Assembly (NCBI GenBank): GCA_965371515.1
Contig: CBDUYR010000002.1
Location: 60,151-124,150, forward strand
Direction: 5' to 3'
From: an uncultured bacterium
GTDB taxonomy: Bacteria; Krumholzibacteriota; Krumholzibacteriia; Krumholzibacteriales; Krumholzibacteriaceae
Length of the DNA stretch: 64,000 bases
This document shows positions 56,719 to 64,000 of this stretch, piece by piece (positions within the stretch are counted from its first letter, which is position 1; every line of letters starts with the position of its first letter). Made by a program: the position numbers and the translations under genes. Under the pieces are notes generated by a model that ran no database searches, was not told where the DNA came from, and worked only from the letters and a program-made list of their open reading frames with translations.

Positions 56719-57719
56719 TGCGTTTCCTTTATTCTATCCTTTATGCTGCCGTTCACGTCGAGTTTCACAAATCTCTCGGCTGCCAGGACGGCGTTCTTGA
56801 TGGCCTTGGCGTTTGATCCACCGTGTCCGATTATCGCAACGCCGTCGATCCCGAGGAGCGGCATGCCGCCGTACTCAGCGTAATCGAGTGTTTTTCCCAT
56901 CTTCCTGAGGACCGGCTTCATGAATACCGCGCCGATCTTCGCCCTGAGACTTTCCTCGATACCTTCCTTGATGATGTTGCCGAAATAGTGAGCGACGCTC
57001 TCGGCAAACTTCAGAAGAACGTTCCCGGTGAAGCCGTCGGTGACGACCACGTCCACCTTGCCGGCGATCACGTCCATACCTTCGACGTTACCTGTGAAGT
57101 TCAGGCCGCTTGCGGCGAGAAGCTCGTGAGCTTCCCTTGTCAATTCACTACCCTTGGAGGATTCTTCGCCTATATTGAGCAGGCCGACCTTCGGATTCTT
57201 CCTGCCGAGGATCAGTTCCGCGTAGGCCGCGCCCATGTATCCGAACTGCTCGAGGTGCATCGGTACGTTGTCCGAGTTCGCACCTCCGTCGAGCACGATC
57301 GTCCCGCCGTTACGCGACGGAAAGAAGAGGGCTATCGCGGGCCGGTCGATGCCCGGCATCCTGCCTAGCGACAGAAGCGAACTCGCCACGGCGGCCCCGG
57401 TATTACCGGCGCTGACCACCGCATCCGCCAATCCATCCTTGTGCAGCTTTGTCGCAACAACGATCGATGACTCGCGCTTCCGCCTTATAGCAGTAGCCGG
57501 GCTCTCCGACATGCTGACCACATCAGGAGCATGGACGATCTCGATATTTCCGGTGGGATGACCCTTTTCGGAAATACATCTCTCGAGTTCATCCTGCCGT
57601 CCGACGAGTATCAGCTCGAAGCGTCCATCGGCTTCAAGCGCTGCCTCGACAGCTCCATCTACAGTAGCCTCGGGCGCATTGTCGCCGCCCATGGCATCAA
57701 GTGCTATCCTCATCGCCAT
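56715..57719 (-). CDS. plsX: Phosphate acyltransferase PlsX
   Basis: DAMGGD, SAGNTGA, GAN, NIGEE..KG, DGFTGN, HG.S. Confidence 0.96.
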   Translation of the reverse strand: MAMRIALDAMGGDNAPEATVDGAVEAALEADGRFELILVGRQDELERCISEKGHPTGNIEIVHAPDVVSMSESPATAIRRKRESSIVVATKLHKDGLADAVVSAGNTGAAVASSLLSLGRMPGIDRPAIALFFPSRNGGTIVLDGGANSDNVPMHLEQFGYMGAAYAELILGRKNPKVGLLNIGEESSKGSELTREAHELLAASGLNFTGNVEGMDVIAGKVDVVVTDGFTGNVLLKFAESVAHYFGNIIKEGIEESLRAKIGAVFMKPVLRKMGKTLDYAEYGGMPLLGIDGVAIIGHGGSNAKAIKNAVLAAERFVKLDVNGSIKDRIKETQ

Positions 57720-57778
57720 ACCCGCTCCGGACCTTCCGTCCGGTTAACAGCCTCGAAAGGAGAGTGCGGCCGGAATGC

Positions 57779-57967
57779 CTAACTCTCTTCTTCCTGAGGC
57801 TTGATTACCTCGCGTCCCGCATAGTAGCCACAGTTGGGGCAAACAACGTGGGACAGCTTGGGCTGATGGCAGTGCGAACACTTTGTCGCGGTCGGGGGCT
57901 GGGCTTTCCAGTGGGCCCGCCGCATGTTCTTCTTTGATTTCGATGTCCTTCTCTTCGGGACTGCCAT
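57779..57967 (-). CDS. rpmF: 50S ribosomal protein L32
   Basis: [10 protein letters not shown], CxxC...H.VCxxCG.Y. Confidence 0.96.
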   Translation of the reverse strand: MAVPKRRTSKSKKNMRRAHWKAQPPTATKCSHCHQPKLSHVVCPNCGYYAGREVIKPQEEES

Positions 57968-57996
57968 GACTTACTCCTCCCGGTTCCCGGGAATAT

Positions 57997-58530
57997 TCAC
58001 TTCTCCTCTTCCTCTTTCAACAGTTTTCTCAGGGGCCCCCACCTCGGGTCTCCGGGCTTCTCGCCGCAGCCGCAGGCTCCCTCGTTCAAATCCGCCCCGC
58101 AGCCGGAACAGATACCAGCACAACTCTCTGCGCACAAATACTTTATAGGCATTTCGACGACTATCGCCTCGTGGACCGCCGGGAAGATGTCGAAATCGAA
58201 TTCCTGAGCCTCGCTGAGGAGAACGAAACCCTCTTCCTCATTGTTCCCGTCCACCCGTCCACCCCGCTGCAGCATCATGCTGAACTCAGCAACTACCCTG
58301 AAATCAAACGCTTTCAGACATCTGCTGCAGTCGCCGCTGATATCTGCTTCAACTCTACCCTCGAGCAGGTAGCTGCTGCCCGTCCGGGTCGATTCGGCAG
58401 TTACGGAGGCCCTGCAGGGGATATCCTCCCCTTCGGAACCCCGGACTGTAAACTCCTCTTCGAATGTGAATTTCTCTCTGTCACCGCCGTGACGGAGATC
58501 CAGTCCCATTCTTGGAAAATCCTTATCCAT
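57997..58530 (-). CDS. yceD: DUF177/YceD family protein
   Basis: CSRCL, C...C.G.C..CG.DLN, DPRW..L; upstream of rpmF. Confidence 0.9.
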   Translation of the reverse strand: MDKDFPRMGLDLRHGGDREKFTFEEEFTVRGSEGEDIPCRASVTAESTRTGSSYLLEGRVEADISGDCSRCLKAFDFRVVAEFSMMLQRGGRVDGNNEEEGFVLLSEAQEFDFDIFPAVHEAIVVEMPIKYLCAESCAGICSGCGADLNEGACGCGEKPGDPRWGPLRKLLKEEEEK

Positions 58531-58539
58531 GAAGAGCTT

Positions 58540-58568
58540 ATATTAGTCGTCAAGGAAAACGATGGCAA
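58540..58568 (-). promoter_or_regulatory. Sigma-70 promoter for the yceD-rpmF-plsX-fab operon
   Basis: TTGCCA-N17-TAATAT overlapping the ndk 3' end, 9 nt before the yceD ATG. Confidence 0.55.
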
Positions 58569-58950
58569 GTTCTTTTTCGGCCGACTCGCGCGCATCGGAG
58601 GCATGAACGGCATTCGCCTGGAGCGAAGTGCCGAACATGTACCTGATCGTCCCAGGACGGGCGTCGGCGGGATCCGTGGCCCCTACAAGCTCCCTGGTCA
58701 GGGCGATCACGTCCCCATCCTTCTCCAGTTCGAGCCCGATCACATTGCCGGAGACGATATATTTCATAAGGTCGGCGAAAAATGGCTTATCCTTATGAAT
58801 GTCATAGAATTCGGCTGCCTGTGCGTCGTCGAACCTGAACATCTTCATCCTTCGGATAGTCCACCGGTTCTTCAGGATGAAATCGATTATCCGGCCCTGG
58901 AGGCCTGCCTCGACAACCTCGGGTTTTATCATCAGATATGTGCTCGCCAC
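58543..58950 (-). CDS. ndk: Nucleoside diphosphate kinase
   Basis: MIKPE, H..KPFF, GATDP..A.PGTIR, NAVHASD. Confidence 0.95.
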   Translation of the reverse strand: MASTYLMIKPEVVEAGLQGRIIDFILKNRWTIRRMKMFRFDDAQAAEFYDIHKDKPFFADLMKYIVSGNVIGLELEKDGDVIALTRELVGATDPADARPGTIRYMFGTSLQANAVHASDARESAEKELAIVFLDD

Positions 58951-58961
58951 TGTTCCTCCAA

Positions 58962-59831
58962 TTAGATAAGTCTTTTCATTATGTCCACTATCTGCGCCGG
59001 CGTGTCGGCGACCTCTACTCCCACCGCGGCGAATGCGGCGACCTTCTCCGCCGCCGTACCCGTTCCACCGGAGACGATAGCGCCGGCGTGCCCCATCCTC
59101 TTCCCCGGAGGCGCGGAATGTCCCGCGATAAAGACGCCGACCTTCTTTGGGTAGCCGTTCTTTATCATCTCGGCGGCGAGCTCTTCGTCGTTCCCGCCGA
59201 TCTCACCGATCAGCACCACGGCGTCGGTCTCGTCGTCTTCGGCGAAGAGTTCCATCGTATCGAGCAGGTTTGTGCCCACGATCGGATCGCCTCCGATCCC
59301 GATGCAGGTCGACTGCCCCAATCCGTTCTGCGTAAGATGGTATACGATCTCGTATGTGAGCGTGCCGCTTCTCGACACGACGCCGACCCTACCCTCGGCA
59401 TGGATGTCGCCCGGCATGATCCCGACCTTCGAGCGTCCCGGAGAGATGATCCCGGGGCTGTTCGGCCCGATCAGCCTCGTCCCCCGCTCTGTGATGAACG
59501 GAAGGACCTTGATCATGTCCCTGACCGGCAGTCCCTCGGAGATGCAGACGACCAGCTCGCAGCCGGCGTCAGATGCCTCGCAGATCGCATCTGCGGCGAA
59601 CGCGGCGGGGACGTAGATCACGCTCGTGTTCGCGCCCGTCTCGGCTAACGCTTCGGCCATCGAGTCAAATACCGGAACGCCGTCTTCGGTCTTCTGTCCC
59701 CCCTTGCCGGGAGTGACGCCCCCGACAACGTTCGTCCCGTAAGCGACCATCTGGCTGGCGTGGAACCCACCGTCTCTGCCTGTGATCCCCTGTACGATCA
59801 ACTTTGTGTTTTTATCTACAAGAATACTCAA
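58962..59831 (-). CDS. sucD: Succinate--CoA ligase alpha subunit
   Basis: [34 protein letters not shown]. Confidence 0.96.
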   Translation of the reverse strand: MSILVDKNTKLIVQGITGRDGGFHASQMVAYGTNVVGGVTPGKGGQKTEDGVPVFDSMAEALAETGANTSVIYVPAAFAADAICEASDAGCELVVCISEGLPVRDMIKVLPFITERGTRLIGPNSPGIISPGRSKVGIMPGDIHAEGRVGVVSRSGTLTYEIVYHLTQNGLGQSTCIGIGGDPIVGTNLLDTMELFAEDDETDAVVLIGEIGGNDEELAAEMIKNGYPKKVGVFIAGHSAPPGKRMGHAGAIVSGGTGTAAEKVAAFAAVGVEVADTPAQIVDIMKRLI

Positions 59832-59850
59832 GACCAGATTCCTTTCGATT

Positions 59851-60981
59851 CTAACCGGCCGCTTCGATGGCCTTCTTTACCGCGCCCTCCATGTCGTCGG
59901 CAGCGATCATCTCGGTGCTCGCGAGGATCTCCCTGGCCTGTTTCTCGTTCGTCCCGGTGAGCCTTACGACGAGCGGAATATCGAGACCGAGTTTTTTCTT
60001 CGCCTCGATCAGTCCGTTCGCAACGTCATCGCACCTCGTGATCCCTCCGAATATGTTGATCAGGATCGACTTTACATTCTCGTCACGGAGGATGATCTTC
60101 ATCGCGGAGAGGACCTTCTCGGGGCTCGAGCTCCCTCCGATGTCGAGGAAGTTCGCCGGCTTTCCGCCGAAATGCTTGATCATGTCCATCGTGGCCATCG
60201 CCAGCCCGGCTCCGTTTACGATGCAGCCGATCTTTCCGTCGAGCTTGACGAAAGAGAGGTCGGCCTCCCTCGCTTCGACCTCACCCTGGTCCTCAGATGC
60301 GTCATCCCTCATCTTCGCAATGTCGGGATGCCTGAACAAGGCGTTATCATCGAGATTTATCTTTGCGTCGATCGCCCAGACCTTTCCATCTGGGCTTTCG
60401 ACTAATGGGTTGATTTCTGCAAGAGAAGCATCACTGCCCATGAACGCCTCATACAATCCTTTCAGCGCCCTGCCGATTTGTCTGGAAACTTCCTTGTCAC
60501 TGCTGAGAAATGACGAGAGCCGTCTTACCTGGAAGGGCATAAGCCCTCCCTCAGGATTGACGGGAAGCTTGAGGATCTTCTCCGGGGTGCTCCTGGCGAC
60601 TTCCTCGATATCGATTCCACCCTCCGGAGAGACCATCATCATAGGTTTGCGCGAACCGCGGTCGAATATCATGCCGACATAGAACTCCTTGTCTATATCG
60701 ACGGCCTTCGCCACGAGGACCTTCTCGACGGTCAGTCCCTTTATGTCGAGCCCGAGTATCGCCTCGGCCTTCTCGACGGCCTCGTCGGGAGTTGATGCCA
60801 GCTTGACGCCGCCGGCCTTTCCCCTGCCGCCGACAAGTACCTGTGCCTTGACCACGACGGGGCAGCCGAGTTCCTCGGCCGCCGCTTTTGCGTCCCCGGC
60901 CTTCGTTATCATTCTGCTCGGAGGTACGGGGAGCCCGTATTCCGCGAATATCCCCCGCGCGTCCGCTTCGTGAATCTTCAA
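59851..60981 (-). CDS. sucC: Succinate--CoA ligase beta subunit
   Basis: [45 protein letters not shown] start with GGAGG RBS. Confidence 0.96.
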   Translation of the reverse strand: MKIHEADARGIFAEYGLPVPPSRMITKAGDAKAAAEELGCPVVVKAQVLVGGRGKAGGVKLASTPDEAVEKAEAILGLDIKGLTVEKVLVAKAVDIDKEFYVGMIFDRGSRKPMMMVSPEGGIDIEEVARSTPEKILKLPVNPEGGLMPFQVRRLSSFLSSDKEVSRQIGRALKGLYEAFMGSDASLAEINPLVESPDGKVWAIDAKINLDDNALFRHPDIAKMRDDASEDQGEVEAREADLSFVKLDGKIGCIVNGAGLAMATMDMIKHFGGKPANFLDIGGSSSPEKVLSAMKIILRDENVKSILINIFGGITRCDDVANGLIEAKKKLGLDIPLVVRLTGTNEKQAREILASTEMIAADDMEGAVKKAIEAAG

Positions 60982-60998
60982 TGCAAACCTCCGCCTTA

Positions 60999-62315
60999 TT
61001 ACTTCAGATAATCTGCCAGCACGTCCTTGAGGTCGGGCTTGCCGATCTCGGCCAGTTCGTATGTGACCCTGACTGAAGGCTGCGGTATCTTGATGATCCG
61101 CTGGAGATCGATCGGCGTACCGATAATGACCGCGTCGCACTCGACCTTCGCGACAGTCTTCTCGAGGTCCTTGATCTGCTCATCGCCGTAACCCATCGCC
61201 GGCAGTAGCTCTCCGACATCGGGATATCTCTCGAACGTTCTTGCGATCTTGCCGGTCGCCCACGGACGCGGGTCAACGAGTTCGGCCGCTCCGAACTTGA
61301 GCGCGGCCATGACGCCCGCGCCGTACTTCATCCCGCCGTGCGTCAGTGTCGGTCCATCCTCGATACAGAGGACTTTCTTGCCCTTTATCAGGGAGGGATC
61401 TGAGACCGTAAGAGGCGATGCCGCATCTACGACGATAGCCTCGGGGTTCCACTCGGCAATATTCTCTCTTACCTCTTCGACACCGCAGAGGTCGGCCGTG
61501 TCGATCTTGTTGATGACGATCACGTCTGCCATCAGGAGGTTTGTGAATCCGGGATAATACTCGAGCTCGTCTCCCGCTCTGTGTGGGTCGACGACCGTGA
61601 TGGCCAGATCGGGCTTGTAGAAGGGCAGGTCGTTGTTGCCGCCGTCCCAGAGGATGACGTCCGCTTCCTTCTCCGCCTCGCGCAGGATCGCTTCGTAGTC
61701 GACCCCGGCATATATGATGACGCCGCTGACGATGTGAGGCTCGTACTCTTCCATCTCTTCGATCGTGCACTCGTGTGTCTTGAGGTCCTCGAGCGAACCG
61801 AACCGCTGTACTGCCTGCTTCGCCAGGTCGCCGTACGGCATCGGATGGCGTATCGCCACTACCTTCTTGCCCGCCTCGATCAGGAGTTCGGCTATGCGCC
61901 TGGTCGTCTGGCTCTTGCCGCAACCAGTGCGTGTCGCGCAGATCGAGATAAGGGGCTTGGTCGACTTGACCATCGTGGGCTCGGCGCCGACGATCGTAAA
62001 GTGCGCTCCGAGGGAGTTGACGATCTGAGCCTTCTCCATCACGTACTGGTGCGAGACGTCGCTGTATGAGAAGACGACCTCCTCGACATCCTTGTTTATG
62101 ATGAGCTCCTCGAGCTCGTCCTCGGCATAGATGGGGATGCCGTCCGGGTAGAGTTTGCCAGCCAGTTCAGCCGGATACTTCCGGTCGGCGATCTCGGGGA
62201 TCTGAGTCGCGGTAAAGGCGACGATCTCCACCGAATCATCTTCACGGTAGAGCGTGTTGAAGTTATGGAAATCCCTTCCTGCCGCTCCCATGATAAGGAT
62301 TCTTCTCTTGTCCAT
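60999..62315 (-). CDS. COG2403 P-loop protein (cyclic 2,3-diphosphoglycerate synthase family; possible arginine synthetase ArcE)
   Basis: MGAAGRDFHNFN, RTGCGKSQT, RHPMPYG, EE.EEYE, WDGGNND, EDGPTLTHGGM, PAMGY. Confidence 0.85.
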   Translation of the reverse strand: MDKRRILIMGAAGRDFHNFNTLYREDDSVEIVAFTATQIPEIADRKYPAELAGKLYPDGIPIYAEDELEELIINKDVEEVVFSYSDVSHQYVMEKAQIVNSLGAHFTIVGAEPTMVKSTKPLISICATRTGCGKSQTTRRIAELLIEAGKKVVAIRHPMPYGDLAKQAVQRFGSLEDLKTHECTIEEMEEYEPHIVSGVIIYAGVDYEAILREAEKEADVILWDGGNNDLPFYKPDLAITVVDPHRAGDELEYYPGFTNLLMADVIVINKIDTADLCGVEEVRENIAEWNPEAIVVDAASPLTVSDPSLIKGKKVLCIEDGPTLTHGGMKYGAGVMAALKFGAAELVDPRPWATGKIARTFERYPDVGELLPAMGYGDEQIKDLEKTVAKVECDAVIIGTPIDLQRIIKIPQPSVRVTYELAEIGKPDLKDVLADYLK

Positions 62316-62373
62316 TCTTCCTCGACCTCAACTTTCCTGTGGTTAGGAGTTACATTCGGTTATTAAAAACGAT

Positions 62374-62856
62374 TTATTGATCCTTCGGCGGCATCTTCTC
62401 GATGATGCCGCTCGACGAGTATCCCTTGACCATCTCTATCCTCTCCACCCTACCACCCCTTGCGAGGACGAAGTCCTCACCGACAATCTCTCCGCTTCCG
62501 TACTCGGCGCCCTTGACGAGGACGTCGGGCTCGAGGGCCTCGATCGTCTCGATCGGGGTATCCTCGTCGAAAACGGTAACGTAGTCTACACTCCGCAGGC
62601 CGAGCAGTACGTGCGCCCTGTCTTCCTGCCCTGACAGTGGTCTGCCCTCACCCTTGAGGCGCCTTACCGAATCGTCGCTGTTGATACCGACGACGAGACA
62701 GTCGCCGAGAGCCTTCGCTGCCGCAAGCAACGTGACATGCCCGCGATGAAGGATATCGAAGCACCCGTTCGTGAAAACGACCGTGCGCCCGGACATTTCC
62801 CTGCGGAGATCTCCAAGACCTTCTCTAGCGATCGTTCTTCCTGAGGGGTCGTTCAT
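62374..62856 (-). CDS. rfaE2: D-glycero-beta-D-manno-heptose 1-phosphate adenylyltransferase
   Basis: FTNGCFDILHRGH, NSD.SV.RLKG..RP, F.EDTP, PDVLVKG. Confidence 0.93.
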   Translation of the reverse strand: MNDPSGRTIAREGLGDLRREMSGRTVVFTNGCFDILHRGHVTLLAAAKALGDCLVVGINSDDSVRRLKGEGRPLSGQEDRAHVLLGLRSVDYVTVFDEDTPIETIEALEPDVLVKGAEYGSGEIVGEDFVLARGGRVERIEMVKGYSSSGIIEKMPPKDQ

Positions 62857-62860
62857 ATTA

Positions 62861-63835
62861 TCAGGCCGGAAAAGCCCCGGCAAGTTCTTCGGGAGTGACC
62901 GCGGCCGTTCCGATCTCCCTGACCACGATACCAGCCGCCGCGTTGGCCAGCTCAATAGAATCGTACAGCGAGGCTCCGGCGGCAAGACCGGCGGCGAGTA
63001 CGCTTATAACGGTATCTCCTGCGCCGGTGACGTCGTAGACCTCGCTTGCTCTTGTCGGGAAATGTCTCGACGCTTTGCCCCTTTCGAAAAGAGTCATGCC
63101 CTCCTCGCCGCGAGTTATGAGCACGGCCTTCGCCTCGAGATCGGTAAGAAGCGAACTACCCACCTTCTCGAGCTGCTTTTTGCCGGATATCCTGATGTTG
63201 TAGAAAGCGCCTGCCTCGTTGAGGTTCGGCGTCACGGCCCTTGCGCCCTTGTAGAGCGGAAAGTGACCGACCTTGGGATCTATTATTATGGGAATACTGT
63301 CGCCGCAGATATCGCGAAGGGTGTCCATCACGGTCATCGAGACGACGCCTTTTCCGTAATCGGATACGATCACCGCTCCGGCACCGGCGACAGCCTTCTT
63401 CACGTTTGATTTCAACCGGCCGAGGGCTCTGCCGGATAGCTCCGTCCCGGTCTCGAAATCGGCGCGCACGACCTGCTGGCTGTGAGCGAGTATTCTTATC
63501 TTCTCTGTTGTGACGCGGCCGCTGTCGGCCATGATGAATCCGGTCGGTATATTCATCCCGCGCAGGAGTTTCTTCGTCTCCGCTCCCTGCGGGTCCCTGC
63601 CTATCACTGCAGCGAGCCTCGCGTCGCATCCGAGCGAGACTAGGTTCCACGCGACGTTGGCGGCGCCGCCTGGCCGCTGACCGGTCCTCTCGACGTTCAC
63701 GACAGGTACAGGGGCCTCGGGACTGATCCGGTCGACCCTGCCCCAGAAATATCTGTCGAGCATCAGGTCGCCGACGACCGCTACAGAGGATTTTCCGATG
63801 GCCCGGCATATCTGGCGGGCCTTGCGCCTCTTCAT
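62861..63835 (-). CDS. rfaE1: D-glycero-beta-D-manno-heptose-7-phosphate kinase
   Basis: GDLMLDRY, RISPEAPVPV, GGAANVA, SDYGKG, DVTGAGDT. Confidence 0.93.
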   Translation of the reverse strand: MKRRKARQICRAIGKSSVAVVGDLMLDRYFWGRVDRISPEAPVPVVNVERTGQRPGGAANVAWNLVSLGCDARLAAVIGRDPQGAETKKLLRGMNIPTGFIMADSGRVTTEKIRILAHSQQVVRADFETGTELSGRALGRLKSNVKKAVAGAGAVIVSDYGKGVVSMTVMDTLRDICGDSIPIIIDPKVGHFPLYKGARAVTPNLNEAGAFYNIRISGKKQLEKVGSSLLTDLEAKAVLITRGEEGMTLFERGKASRHFPTRASEVYDVTGAGDTVISVLAAGLAAGASLYDSIELANAAAGIVVREIGTAAVTPEELAGAFPA

Positions 63836-64000
63836 CTCAAGCTCCTGGACTGGATTACGGCGGTAGAGCCGCCTGTCGAAGCCGCGGCGCCCCGTCTCTC
63901 CGGCACCGTCGGTGGAGAATATACCTGTTCCCTGCCCGGTCAATCAAGGTTAAATGTATCCTCATTCCGGCCCTTCCGTTGACAAATATTGTCAGGATAT

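Noticed and set aside
60982..61140. ORF-track N-terminal extension of sucC (similar extensions for lpxC, mcsA, thiE, fabG, acpP, rfaE1, rfaE2)
   Set aside because: The extensions overlap upstream genes or spacers; downstream starts match family N-termini, often with an RBS.

Overview
This is a 64 kb, GC-rich, gene-dense stretch of core chromosome from a diderm (LPS-making) bacterium. Gene order (lpxC-fabZ fusion, prfB-lysS-lolC-lolD-mcsA-mcsB-clpC-bamA-skp-lpx, split rfaE1/rfaE2) suggests an FCB-superphylum or related candidate lineage; that placement is inference. About 61 CDS are present, almost all on the minus strand. They cover lipid A, BAM and Lol biogenesis, McsA/McsB/ClpC, frameshifted prfB, coaE, polA, nadD/nadB, rimO, ftsK, thiE, comB, acc/efp, an ECF sigma/anti-sigma pair, the yceD-rpmF-plsX-fab-acpP-rnc operon, ndk, sucCD, a COG2403 protein and heptose genes. 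I saw no rRNA, tRNA, CRISPR array or mobile element. The most interesting candidate system is at 404-5250: an AmmeMemoRadiSam locus whose radical SAM enzyme carries a Tat signal, whose MEMO-AMMECR1 partner is fused and has a signal-like N-terminus, and which abuts a membrane protein with a degenerate spermidine-synthase/SAM-binding domain. Other leads are a shared TGGAAC-N17-GTAG ECF-type motif before the ECF sigma gene and before bamA, a sigma-54 promoter driving an orphan lipoprotein, gnnA without gnnB, PilT splitting accB-accC, a Cys-rich orphan coupled to a BtuF-like protein, and a possible arginine synthetase heading sucCD-ndk. All protein calls come from motif recognition by eye; no database search was run.
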